NCBI GenBank assembly: GCA_012295275.1 | Contig: CM022671.1 | Coordinates: 29,388,001-29,452,000 of the forward strand | Source of the DNA: Chrysomallon squamiferum | Lineage: Eukaryota; Animalia; Mollusca | Length of the DNA: 64,000 bases | Reading direction: 5' to 3' | Shown: positions 15,901 to 29,787 of the stretch, in pieces | Layout of the letters: each line of letters begins with the position of its first letter | Numbering within the stretch: position 1 is the stretch's first letter | Made by a program: the position numbers and the translations under genes | The notes under the pieces: generated by a model | Databases searched by the model: none | Seen by the model: only the letters and a program-made list of their open reading frames with translations | What the model was told of the DNA's origin: nothing

Positions 15901-16792
15901 CAGAAGTTTGGATCCAGAGTTATCTACCATAAATGGTTTGCCTGTTTGTGCCTGTGATGACACCAAGGTCAACTGATTAGCAGTTGACATGGTGGTAATT
16001 GCCGATTCAACTGTTCCTGCTGCAAGATTAAAGATACATGATTTATTATTTTTTTGGGTTAATGCTATAACATGGATTATCAATAATAAAAAGAAGATTT
16101 GTGGTTTGAACAGACTCTATTTATAATACTGATTTGAAAAACTGTTTCTACAGTATTATTTCCATGGGGTAAAAAAATTAAATTATTTTCTAAGTTAATA
16201 ATTACTTTAAATTCTTTTAATTCAGATTAAATCCTAATAACTTAATTTATTTTAACAAGAAAATTGTTCAAATGAAACTATATTAACACCTAAATTTGAA
16301 ATGCTAAAAAGAATCTAAATGATTTGATTTTTTGTTTTAAATTACATTGTGTAAATAAAATTAAATGAAGAAATTGAAATAAGATTATTAATTATCAGTA
16401 ATTTGAAATTGATACAAAATTTGTTTGCAAATAAGCAAAATATTCATAATGTTAATAAGCAGTCAAAAGTTAGATCAAATAACACATCATTTAAACATTA
16501 GTTTTACAAAGTAGTAAATGTAATAATAAACAATATATATGTGTGTGTGTGTGTGTGTGTATTCATCCTGTTATGGACTTCAGATTTCCAGACAATACTA
16601 TTATTCAATTCTTTGCCCGAAAAACACATTATTAACTCACTTTTTTCCATAGATTAAGAAAAGTAATATTAAAAAAATACATAAACCATATAACTAATAT
16701 TTCAGAAAATGGTAAAATTAGCTTTGAAAATAATCAACTTTCAATTAAAATGTGTTATTTGTACGTTTTGTTGTTGTTGTTGTTGTTTTGGG

Positions 16793-16833
<41 letters not shown>

Positions 16834-19800
16834 TTTTTTTTTTTTTTCATATATACTGAATGCATTATTCTACAATATATTATAAATAAATAAATTTCCA
16901 AAGCTGTGTTGTTACCTGTAGACTGGGTGGCTGTACTGGTACTGCATGAGATAGCACCACTGAGAATAGAAGCACTGTTAGGCTTGGCATTCTTAGAGCG
17001 CACAGCAAACAGCTTACCATCACTGGTGCGGATGTAAACCCCTTTAAGAGTTTTTATTATGAGAACATTCTGACCAGCAGGAATCCTCCTTGGCATGCCA
17101 GCCTGTGTATTGGTGTTGTTGCCTGGCAACACAATATCTGATTTAAAAAAAAAAACCAAGGTCAATTAATTGTCAGTACTGTTAATTAAATTAAGTGAGT
17201 GCTGCTGCTAATAAATACACTTTGTCCAAATATGTTTTACTTTTCATGATAATAATGTAAAAACAACAAAACAAAAAATAAAAATTAATAAATATATTTG
17301 ATGGTGCCAAAAACCCTGATGTCCTGTTTAAATGTTTACATCCTTTTAGAAATGCTGATCTGTTTAGAATGCATTTGTTTCATCTCAGATTTAAATGTAT
17401 ATTTTAGTAACTAAGCATAAATTATTACTCTCAGAGTTTTTGAAATTAAAAGCAATAATATAATATAAATGTGTGTGATCCTGTTAAATGCATACGTCTA
17501 TTAATGACTGAACATTAGGTATTAAATACAGAGATATTAAAGACTGATCCTCTGCTTACCTGTGGTAGTGATGACTTGATGGACAGTGACACCGGGACGA
17601 ACCAGGGATCCGATCTGAGAAGCCTTGTCACCGGGAATCCTCAATCTCATAGGAACAGGTGTTGAGATCATTGGCTTAACACTTGCCACCGGTCGAGATG
17701 GATATATCCGCTTAATGTACGGCCTCCTGGTGACAGCAACATGAATAATGTAGTGTTGATTTTAAATATTTAGTACTGTCTTCTTCAATGAAGATTTTAA
17801 TGTTTTAAATAAAGATTTTCCAGAATTACAAAAGTGAAATAATTGTCCTAAATTGTTTTTTTTTTAAAAAAGAAAAAGAAATCAAAGAGATGATAAACAA
17901 TAAGATTCAAATCTTTATAATTAATATTGAAAATTATTTAACACATTTCAGTTTGTAGCATTACAGTCATTATGCCAATCAAATGAAAAATTTAAAGCCC
18001 ACAAAGAAAAGAATACAGACACAATGATAAAAGACAACATACACAAATGTATTGTTCTGCTGGCTGCCTGGTCCACGAGGATACAGTGTAGTGTAAGATG
18101 GACGACTGTATGAAACATTCATCTTCTTGTCCCTTGCATAGCCTTCCTTAGCCAGCTGTTTCTCTCTCTTTGTTAGTCGCAACTCCTTTCTGTCTATCAG
18201 CAATGACTCATGGATGAATGGATCCTTAAATATGCATAAATACAATTAGTCAAATGTAGCACACATTAAAAATAACAATAATAAAAAATAAAAATAATAT
18301 TAGTAAATGAGATTAAGAATGAAAGATTGTGCTTATTCTTCTGTGTTTTTCACAAAGTGTTATAATGAAAGACTAGAAGAAAAGTTCAATATCTGTAAAT
18401 AAGAAAATATTATTAACCCTACAGCAGATAACAAAATTTACATTATTTTTGATACTTTATATGGGGCATCCTTTATGGCTGCAAATATAAACCCTAAATT
18501 TATATCAAGTGACTTATTTTCTGCTTAATCTATGAAACATATTGCATGAAGACAGACAAATTTTAGCATTTTATATTGTCTCAATAAATTATTAAAATAA
18601 AAAATATTTCATCAATTTTTATATATTAGTAAAACATTATAATAGGTAAAAGGTGCTTACATATATATTAGTACATCATTATAACAGGTAAATGGTGCAA
18701 CCATATAAAACATCACTATTGTAGTAATTGTTAACATTATTAAGATTAACAGAATACTGCTGATAAGTTATATTAATAAAAGTATTATTAACTACCTTTG
18801 TTAGCCATTTCCCTTGCTCATTTAGAACAGCAGCCAGAACTGAATCTTCATGTTGATTCTCACACCCACTGAAATCAACCTCTGGAAGATCTTTGTCCTA
18901 CGTCAAAAAAAAATTGAAAAAAAAGAGAAAAATATTATTTTAAAAGAACCTCAGGACATTAAATGTTAACAGTTATCAAATTTGCTATGTAAGATTTTTA
19001 TATAATATCTACTGCTACAATATTCATATCAACACATCCATGAACTTTAATAAAATTACAAAAAGATAGGCATGTTGTATAAAACATACAGACACAGAAA
19101 GGAAGGGAATATTTGATTTAGCTTCATACTCTACATATTGTTTAATGTCATTCAGCACATATATGCAATTAACGACCTCATATATGTAGTTAATTACCAT
19201 TCAGATAATGATAGAAGAAATCTACTAAGCTTCTCTTTTTTCTGTTTGACATTCCTTATTAAAAACTGCTTTGTTCCTCACGTTGTACAGAGCAGTGTGA
19301 TATTTTAGCAAGTAGAAAAATACAATTACTTTAATAAATTTATATAAACAGTTAAATACCTCATAAACCAAAAGATTGCCAACTTGACTAGAGGTAAATT
19401 TGTTATCAGGATTCAGTTCATCCACAACCCGATCTATAAAAAACAACAAATAATGTTTTACTCAATGCCCAAAACAGATAATAGGCAAAAACAAAGAAAT
19501 GAAGTATAATAATAACAAAATTTTATTAAGAATCTAGGAAACAGATTTGTAAAAAGCTGTTATTTACATGGTGCAAATTTCACTTCTTAAGCATCATTCA
19601 AAAGAAATTACATTTTTCCATTTGAGTACAAAATAACTTCAACACCTTCAAAACCAATCAATCTCTGTTATGCAAGTGCAAAAGTTCTCTGATCTTTACA
19701 AATGTAGCATACGTTTATTTTTAAATTATTAAAAACAACAACAACATATTACACTAACCTGACATCCCCTGTTTGGAAATTTGTCTGTCATAGATTTTCT

Positions 19801-22800
19801 TCTCCATAGTGTTGTCTGTGACAAAGCGATACACATAAGAACACTTCTTCTGTCCAAAACGGAAAACACGACAAACAGCCTGACAGTCGTGACATGGATT
19901 CCAGGACGCATCGAGAACGATGACCCGATTAGCACCAATAAGATTAATCCCAAGACAACCAGCTCTGAAAACAGCAATACATTTAAACCTGAACTGACAC
20001 ACAGAGTAAAACAACAAGCAGATTGTGAAAAACAACCAATGAATAAGTATTACAAATTAAGTAAATTGAAGTAAACAACACGTGAAGACAGAAACTGCGC
20101 AATTAACAGACAATCGTAGGAAGCTTTCTGATATCTAAAATTATAAATGTTATCCCAGTACATACTAGCAAATAGTACATGAAATTTTATTACCTTAGTC
20201 AGTTAGTGACACTGTTTACATTATTATAAAATATCTGACAAAAGTGAAATAGTCAGTATTTTTTTCAAATATTCAGTTCTTTAAATTACTTTAGAACATA
20301 GTTCAGAAGACAAAAAGGAAAAGTGACTGATGGCTTGTTATTATTATATTTTTAATATTAACATTTTTTTTTTTAAATAAAATATTACAAAAACATAAGG
20401 ATCAACAACAAAAATGAAGGTTTACAATACATAAAATTTTCTGGCTAAGCTATTATTTAAAAAAATGCACTAAACATATTTTTTTAACTGGGATCCAAAT
20501 GTTGAATTAATATTAATAATAATAATAACCTGGTAGAAAGCAAGAACAGCCAGATTCTATAATTTTCTGGATCATTAAATGAGTTGATGAGTTTTTCTCG
20601 ATCTGTGCCAGAAGTGCTCCCATCCAGACCTTCAAATCAATTTCACAGATCAAAATACTAGATATATTTAATTACATACATATTTTTAAATTAATGAAAT
20701 TTCTGATTAAATTTTCTAATATTTTGAAATCACAAAAGCAACAGCATATATCAGAGATGGTCAATCAATTCAGAGGCATAAAAAAATATTTCCACTGACA
20801 AAGTTTAAACAAAAATAAATAATTTAAAATAATAAACAATCTAGAAATAACAGACTTAAAATATATTGCAAAAAATTAAGATAGTTTTAACTGTCAGGAA
20901 TTTGTAGGCAAGAAATAAGGTTGTTAAAAATGTTTTATAAGCTGCTAAATTATTTTTACCTCTCTGAATGTAACTTCATTTATTAATCAATAACTTGAAT
21001 ATTACATTCATATTACACATATTTAATAATGTATTTAAATTCCGTATCATCATTTGAATATAATTTAAGACCCATTAAATTATATAAAAATAATAATAAT
21101 AATATTAATAGAGGCATTTCATTTTAAATATATAATGTAATATTTTTATCAAATATAAAAAATGTCAACAATGAATTGTACATACGATAGTAAGATTTGT
21201 TACGAGCCCATTTTTCATTCATATTAGGTCTAGGAACATCTTCTTTACCAAGGAACTCTTCAACGATATTCAGCGTCAGCAAGCTCTGACTGCAAATATA
21301 AAAAAAAATGTATTTATAATCAGCAAATCAACCAAATAATTAAAAAATATATATATATATTTTTTTTTTACATGTATAAATGTTTGTTGTGAGTACATTT
21401 TATCATTTTAAGTTTCTTTAATGGCAATTGTTAGCAGAGGACTGTCTGAAAATCACAAGCTAAGTAAACAACAATGCCTGAGTTAGTTAAAGTGAACAGT
21501 TTTAAATAAACAAAATATATTATCATAATTATGTAAACTAAAAATTACCTGAAGACGAGAACTTTATCACCAATGGTTAGTGAATGTTTGATGATGGAAT
21601 AAAGAATAGCCATTTTACCACCATTTTCCAACAAGCCTGCTGTGTACTCTTTCAAAATATCTGCCGACTGAAAATAAAAATATCATGATAGGTTTTTATT
21701 GTTGTTTCTTATTAATTTTAAGTAGATAAATTAAAAACAGATAATTGATTATTATTATTATATTTTTATATCGATCTTGTCATGTTTAATCTAAAGCAGT
21801 AATATAACATAAATGCTAATTCTCTTTTTAAAGGTTAATAAACTGAATCCAAAGGAACAAACCATTTTTTTGATGAGAAATGGTTTTAAAAAAAAACAAT
21901 TTTTGCAGTAACTTACCCATTCATATGAAATGGCATTTTCCAGTTTGCGATCAGTTGCCTCAGATTTGTTTTTAGTCACTGCAGTTTTGTTTTTCTTTTT
22001 GGTGTTTCCCGTCTCAGTGTCAATGTCAAGGTCATTCTCATCAATTTCATTCTTTTTCAACGCCTTGTGCAGTACATCAGGATGATTCCAGATCTGAGAA
22101 GCAGAAATAATAATTTGAGTTAAATAATGCTAAACTTTTAATATAATATTTAAAAGGTAAAGTAGAAAAATAAAAAATAAATAATTAACCTAAGAAAATA
22201 TTTCTGTAACTACCAAAGGCTCACTAAACTTATTACGCCCATCTAATCTTTAAAATGTATTCCACGAAAACTAAATATTTATTGTTTGAAATGAAAATGT
22301 AACTGTTTGAAGGTCTTGATGATCTTATTCATAGGCTTTGTTTTGGTTTCTTCAGGTTTTTGTGTGTATATATCTTTTCTTGGTGTGTTTTTTAATTTTA
22401 ATTTTGTACTTTTTTTAAAAGAGAATTAAGTTTAAAAGATACTACTGAATAGATTTGGGGGAGAAAAATACTGATATTTTTTTCTTTCTTTCCTAAACTT
22501 CTGTGTCACTAATTATTATTTCATTAATTAATATCTGGTGATAACAGTTTCCAAAAACTGTGTTCTCTCCTACCTTACAACAGACTGCAAAAGCTTTCAG
22601 AGGATTGTTGTTTGCCCAGGCACACACGGCAGAATCAGTCAGTGTACCCATGAATTTGTTGTACAGAGCTCTCTGCACCGGGGACATTCTGATCAAGAAC
22701 ACGTACTCATACTTTGCTGGAAGTGCAGACTTCAACACAGTGTGACCCCGTCTAAAAATAAAGTAAAAACATGAAGATTATTTCGTTCAGACTTTACCGT

Positions 22801-24309
22801 TTCTGATACTTCCTCAGTGGAAGCAACTATCTAGAATTTAAAAATGACTAATTTTTTAATATAAATTACCCAGTGTACCAAAACAAAATTAAAAAACAAA
22901 AAAAAATAAACCAAGAAATCATGACTATCATGACTAAACATAATGCTCTATACAGAATAATAGAAGTACTTACCCAAAATAAAAATTAACAACAGTTTTG
23001 ACATGGTCTAAATACATACAATTTCTGTTCTTTTACACAGAATTTTAGTAAATTACCTTTATCAACTAAGTTAAATTGCAATTCATAACTTTCCAGAGTT
23101 AACTTGTTATTACAAACAAAATTACCTAACAATGATTCAGTTACATTATATCATGAGTTTATTTTTAAAGAAAGCCCTTCAAATTATTAAACTTTTAATC
23201 ATCTTTAATGGGAATGATAATAATAAAAATGTTCTTAATTTAAAAAATTGGCTACCACTGAACTTTGTTCATTAAATCTGCGTACTTTTTCGTAAGAGAT
23301 GCTTACATAAAATCATGCATGGCTTTCATGCAAAAAATTGTAAATTTCCGTTATCTGACCTTTGCACAAATCCTTCCAAAAGGCTGTGAAGGACATATGC
23401 TCTGTATCTCATTAGTTTGATATCCTGAGGGGTACTATCAGCACACTGGCCATTCATGATGGGACGCTCAAACATGTTGGTGAACTCTGTCTTGGTACCG
23501 AGGAAGGATGGACGGACAAAGTCCACCATACACCAGTACTCAACTAGATTGTTTTGTAATGGATACCCTGTGAGCACCACTCTCCGTCTAAACAAATAAA
23601 TCACAGATAACATCAAGTCTACAACACTGACACTGACAATTATTAATGAACTATTCTTATATGAATAAAACTGTATTAATTAGTAATCTGTGTGAATTCC
23701 TAAATAGTTTTTCATCTGATGTAGCATTCGTATCATTACCAAATGATCTGGTGAATAAGATTAAGGTAAAATACGTTTTTATCACTAAAATTATATTTAA
23801 TCATTTAATTTTCTACAATTTGTTTCCTAAAAATTAAAACTGATAAAAAATGAATGACAGCACTTTTTTTTAATATATATATCTAAATTCAAAAATACAT
23901 TGTTTATTTTATCTTATAAAATTAAAAATATGTTCAAAGGAAAATTTTATTATTGAAATTAATTATCATGTTATGCTACCTTGTTCTTATGTTCTTTAAA
24001 GCTTGAGAAATTCCTGCGTGACTGTTTTTGATGCGATGACCTTCATCGCATACAACCAGATCTGGTCCAGGGTTTACCAATGCTGCATGCATATCTGAAA
24101 TATAAATATTGTTTTCAATACAACATTTTGCATCTTCTTTTTTTCTCATGTTTTTATTTTGCTCAAGTATCCTTTTTAAGAATGCATTTTAGGTGCCTAT
24201 GAATAACACTTTTATTATATATCTCATTTGTATCTCTCAATATGAAACTTTAGATATTTTTATTTACTCGTTTAGTTTTAATTGTCTGCTGTATAATTAT
24301 ATTTTTGGA

Positions 24310-24340
<31 letters not shown>

Positions 24341-27300
24341 GCAATGAGCTATATGGTTATCAATATATAATATATACCATTACCAGTTTCAGTTTCTTTG
24401 TTTGTTATTGCTTTTTCTTTGTTGTTTTTTTGTTTTCTTATTTTTTTAAACAAGAGTTTTCTGTTTCTGTCTAGTGTCTCTTGTAATGTAAACATGCAAA
24501 GTGTTCATATAATAAATATTAATAATCAGCTATAGGAAATATATTATATTTAATAAACACATCACATGAATTTGGATTAAAATTTATTTTTGTTTGGTTA
24601 AGGAGGACTAATTTTTTCAGTAAATGTAACCCACCTATCATAAGTGTTTTATTCATATCTTCCTCCTCAACATCAATGACCTCTGGCTCTGTGGTCTTCT
24701 TTTTTGATTTTTTTGGTTTGATTGGAAAGGCTCGTCGGGACGAAAGAAGACGATACATCTCATATCCCATAAGTAACACGCCACCATTCTTATACCACTC
24801 ACCTGTTCAAAAACAGTTTAATGTTAGCAGACTACAATAATAATAATAATCATAAAAAGCTTGTTGGTACATACATTTATATTGATGTTTGCTAGAAAAA
24901 AAGTTGTTTCTTTTATTGGTTAAAATTGTACTGTTTTTAAAGATAGGATTTATTAAAAAGAGGAAAACAATATTTTGATGCAGACAAATATTCAACAACA
25001 AAACAACAGAAAAGTGTTTAAACATTATTTATATTTTTGATTCTTGTTATCCATGACAAGAAAAAAAAAATCAAAATATATTAAAATGACAGTCATTCTT
25101 CTGTAATGATTATATACATGTAATTATATACACGCCAAAGCATACAGAATACAAATTTAATCTGACAACAGCTGACTGTGACTAAAGTTTATTGTTGGTT
25201 TTAAAAATTCACATTATACAATTCCACCCCCCCCCAATGATCATCACTATATATAGATTAATAATTCTATTATAATGAACTGTCATATCTTAAAAGTGGT
25301 TGTACATTATTAATCATTAATGTAATCACAGCTCATGTGACCTCCAACCCCAGTTTAAGAAGCTTACCTATAACTTTGGCTCTTGAAGCTGTAGTTTTGT
25401 AACTGTCATTCAGAACAAACACTTCGAATGCACGGTACAGGATATCAGGAGGATCTGGTTGCTCTTCTTCATCTTTCTTCTTTTTAGGTAGCCACATGTT
25501 AAACTCATTGTTCCAGTTCTGTAGCGTGTTGATAGGCACTATACAAACTGCTGTTTTAGCGTCAGTGTACCGAAGAAATATATCAATAAATCCAATCATC
25601 TGAATAGTTTTTCCCAAGCCCATACTGTGAGCTAGAATACATCCAAATCCACTGCTTGTTTTAAAACGTGCTAATGACTCTACCAAGTTATCGTACAAAA
25701 ATCGAACACCTCCAATCTGAAAACAACAAACAGAGTTACAATCAATTTGCTTTGACATTACTAAGCATCAACATGTTACAAACTGAAAGATGTTAAAATT
25801 GTTATACTAATTTTAAACATATTTATGATATTACCATCTAATCTTCACGAAGTGTACTTCTAAAATAATAAAAACCAAGAAAAAAAAAGCTGTAATCAAA
25901 AACAAAACTAATAAAATAAATGCAGACCTGATGTGGTTTAATTGCTCTAGCGATCTGAGGGGCCAGGTAAACGTCGGGGTCAAATGGTGGATGACCTACG
26001 TTGACCTGTACACGACCCATGTCATCTCTCTGGTTACATTCATCATTAATGTGAGAGCCTCCATTATTCAGATCCTCCTCTTCAATTTCATCTTCTTCTG
26101 GATCACTGGGAACTATGACACATTCATCTGGTTCTTCTTCTTCTTCTTCCTCACTACTGCTACTTACATCTATAACACATGGATCTGAAAAAAAGAAAGA
26201 AGAAGACTTTAAATAAACAGAATTCATTCAGACATTAGTTCACCATGTTTTCCATTAGTGTTTTCTATGCATCTCACTGGGTCTTAATATTTTAAAAAAT
26301 AAGTAAATAAAAATATAAAAATAAAATTTATGAAAGGTTTTTGTGATTCATAATAAAAACAGATTTTGTTATACTAAACCTAATGGAAAATGAAAATTAA
26401 ATTGTCCAAGATATATATATATATATATATATATAAATCTTTTTTGAAAAATCTTAATACTTCATTCAGTCGGCTTTCTCATTTGGATAAGATTAAAACT
26501 CTTTTAAGTTCTAGAATCATAAATTTGGATCTAGATATTTAATGATAAAAACAGAATAAATGTGAACAAGTGAAATCTAATGAGATATACCTTTTTCTTT
26601 AACCTTTTCAACTTTTTTATCTTCAGTGTCAAGAAGCTTAACTTCTTTGCTTGCTGCTTTTTCAGCTTCTTCTTCTGCAACTATAGCAATTAAAAAAACA
26701 TCAGTTTTAATAAAGCAATAAAGAGAACTTTGGTGATACAAAGTATTGTCCTAAACAGATAATATATGATTCTTAGTTATTGTTTTATTTTTAGTCATCA
26801 ATATAGCTAATAATAAAGTAAGTATGAGGAAATAACATAAATGCTACCATATTCCTTTTTTCCCTCGTGACACCACTTCATAAGTTACGAACAACCACAA
26901 AAGGTACATTAAAATGATACTGTTTATTTAAACATCTTACAAATATATACCAAAAAAATTAAAAATAAAATCATTACCTTGCAATAATGACTTTAACTGA
27001 AAATCTTTTTCCTCTGGTTTAACCTGAGTTTTCTGCAGTACAGACTTTTTGATTTCCATTAATCTACGTTTTCTTTCCAATTCTTCATTTTGTGCTTCTA
27101 CTGTTTTGGCATCTAGCTGTGTTTCTGTCATAATTTGTCTGAAAAATAAGCATTACACATATTACATTTTTAAAATCATTATCACTGGGATTTTTTATTT
27201 TGTTTTTAACTTAAAAAAACACAAAAACAACAACAAACAAACAAACAAACAAAATTATCAAAAGGTTTAAGTTTCTAAATGATTTTTAGAAAAACAGTTT

Positions 27301-28248
27301 AAGCAGAAACCAAAAGCTACAACATTACTTAATACAATTTATTAATCAGTTTGCATTATTTATTACAATATAATTCTAAGACATATTGACTGTGAAAAAA
27401 AAATATAATAAAAATAAATAAATAAGATTAATAAAATAAACATAAGGAAAATATTCACAAATTAAAAAATTAATTGACAAATACCTGATATTTCTTCTTC
27501 TCAGTGCTGATTTTGTTTTAGCCTTCTTTTTAGGTTTGTCTGATTTTGTTTTTCCCTTTCTTTTCCTTTTTGTCCTTTTTGGCTTTGTCTCTGACTCAAT
27601 TTTTTTTTCTGTCTTAATATTTTCTGTCTTAATCTCTGTAATATTTTCTAATATTTCCTTTTCTGCTGTATCAAGTTCTATAGGCACAGGATCATCAACA
27701 ATTGAGTCTAATCCTGGAGGAGGTTCCATATCCATAACTTCAGCCACAGTAACAACCTCCTCTGAACCTTCACCACCACCACCACCACCACCACTACTAG
27801 CCTCTTTCGAATCTTTAGAATCACTGGAAGCATCTTTATCTTCAGCAGCATTTTCTTCACTTTCTGCTTCGTCATCATCACCACTACTTTCCTCTTCACC
27901 ACTAGACTCCTCTTCCCCACTTTCTTCCTCAGTCCCCTCACTTTCATCATCATCATCATCATCATCGTCCTCCTCCTCATCGTCTTCTTCATAATCTTCA
28001 TCATTTGATGCATTCTCTGTTTCATTCTGTCCATTTACATCCTCCACTTCCTGAGGTGTCTCATCACATATATCCATATCCAAATCAAAAGCCAGACTGT
28101 CACTGCAGTTGATGTTTCCATCCACTGGTTGAACCTGATTTAAATCCGATTCCAAGTCCAAATCCTCAGACAGAGCATCTTTGAGAGATGTGGGCATAAT
28201 TGATGGAGCTTCCATTATGTCCACTGCACTTTCACCAGACATTGCCAT
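12904..28248 (-). CDS. RAD54L2: Helicase ARIP4 / RAD54-like 2 (SNF2 family), ~2178 aa; exons 28248-27485, 27138-26978, 26680-26591, 26184-25928, 25716-25368, 24802-24635, 24094-23980, 23587-23360, 22751-22574, 22093-21917, 21667-21549, 21289-21186, 20629-20530, 19964-19759, 19433-19360, 18897-18796, 18224-18043, 17726-17560, 17137-16916, 16019-14052, 13709-12904
   Basis: Motifs [43 protein letters not shown] (Walker A), [14 protein letters not shown] (Walker B), [76 protein letters not shown]. All introns are GT-AG with consistent phases; exons sum to 6537 nt, a multiple of 3. Confidence 0.93.
14454..15373 (-). repeat. Coding 21-bp minisatellite (~40 degenerate units) encoding SQNFQPG-like heptads in RAD54L2 exon 20
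   Basis: Plus-strand units such as TCTGTGATCCAGGCTGAAAAT recur with a 21-nt period; length variants differ by multiples of 3. Confidence 0.9.
15411..15555 (-). repeat. Coding 18-bp repeat (~8 units) encoding SQxTTA-like hexads in RAD54L2 exon 20
   Basis: Units TCTGTGATGCTGTTGTGA / TCGGTGATGCAGTTGATG / TAAGTGATGCAGTTGTAT; protein [36 protein letters not shown]. Confidence 0.8.
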
Positions 28249-29575
28249 TCACAACCCAGCTCACGATTTCAGTGAAGTAACATTTTTATCGACAGTCCAT
28301 ATATCCTATTCAAAGACACAAATTAGGTTTTACTGTAAATGTTTAAAAATCATGCAGATTTACATGCTATTTTATGAAAAAATACTTCTAAAGTTCACAT
28401 GAAAATCATGGGAATATCCTGGATTAATCTTCCTCATCAGGCAAATTTACTCCTAAATAATTTCTAAAAAATCTACGTGGACATGTCACAAACTAATTTC
28501 TGTTAAAGTGAAGGCATTTTTAAAGCTTATCTTTATTTATGGAATGCTGTTTTGGCTCACTAGTTAGTTTGGGGTTTTTTCTTTCAATACTGTGCCTCAT
28601 TATATATGAAAAACAAAACCATATTGCTCAATGAACTCTTGCTAAATGCTCATCAAAAGATTGAAAAATATTTTGACTAGATATAGCCAATTTGGATTAA
28701 TTTCTATACTATAATCTTTTATAAACCGATGCATTTTTGGTTTTATCAGGTAAATTATAAAATATATAAAACTTTACCAAACAGCTGAAATATTATTAAT
28801 CTGATTATACAATTATTAATTTCAGTTTCTGAAATCATATTTAATTTGGATATTTTTATATATCTGGTAGGTTGTGTAAAAGTACATGCACATATATAAA
28901 TGGATATTTAGCATTATTATTTACCATTGATTTGTAAATTCAAACAGGAAGAAATAATAAAGAAGAAGTATTTTTCGCTCTAAAAATATGTAATAGTATC
29001 AGCAGTAAAAATAATCATTTACATTTTTCTGATATGCTATATATAGAATATCTGTAGTAAAATAACGACAGTACTAAATAAACATTTTGCAATAAATAAT
29101 TGGAGACTTGTTTCAGAAGAACCAATCTAATTTTCTTTTTAATAAAACTTTTTTCTTTTGTTTAACCATTTGATTTATACTGATGGTTGAAATAAGATTG
29201 GCTATAAAATTCTGATAAATGTTCAATACTCTAAAATAAAATATGTAACTGGAGTTTCACATCGATAATATTTGTAAAAAAACAACTTAAGAACTTAATT
29301 CGAAATAAACAATAATACTAATAACCACTATCATACGCTTAATTTTATAACTATATATTCAAACAGATCTAATATTTTTAAACTGACAAAAAGAAATATA
29401 ATTTGTCAGAAGTGATGGTAATCAGTACTGTCGTCTAATGACATGGTTATCCTTTGTTTAATTGGGTCCTGTCAATTTAAGAACCAGAAAAGAAGCTTTT
29501 GTATGCATCAACATTCCTACTTAAAACGTATCTGTTTATAACTTAAAACGTTAGGAACAAAAATAGCATACTTAC

Positions 29576-29787
29576 AAATACATAAAATGCAATAAAATTT
29601 ATGAAATATAATATAATGTCATAATAAATTAAATAATGAAATGCAAGACGATTTCCAGAAAATTTCTTCCTTAGCGCACCTTGTAGATGGCGCTGCTATA
29701 TCTATATCCGCAACCGACAGGAAACGCATGTTTGCGCAGCTGTGGCGACTGTCAAACTAAATTCCAAAACATTGAAAGTTTGCGATC
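29576..29787. promoter_or_regulatory. Probable compact bidirectional promoter between a RAD54L2 non-coding first exon (-) and IFT122 (+)
   Basis: CpG-enriched patch (29645-29790) in otherwise CpG-poor DNA. IFT122 ATG at 29788. Minus-strand GTAAGT donor at 29575-29570 and an acceptor at 28307-28306 upstream of the RAD54L2 ATG. Confidence 0.6.
29680..29695 (+). promoter_or_regulatory. CTCF-like (or YY1-like) motif CTTGTAGATGGCGCTG
   Basis: Matches the TAGATGGCGC core of the CTCF consensus CCASYAGRKGGCRS; the 5' part deviates. Confidence 0.45.

Noticed and set aside
27536-28034. 152-aa antisense and 108-aa alternative-frame ORFs
   Set aside because: Shadows of the acidic trinucleotide-repeat first exon of RAD54L2.
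12904-28248. Calling the SNF2 gene ATRX
   Set aside because: No ADD/PHD cysteine domain. [29 protein letters not shown] and [10 protein letters not shown] fit ARIP4/RAD54L2.
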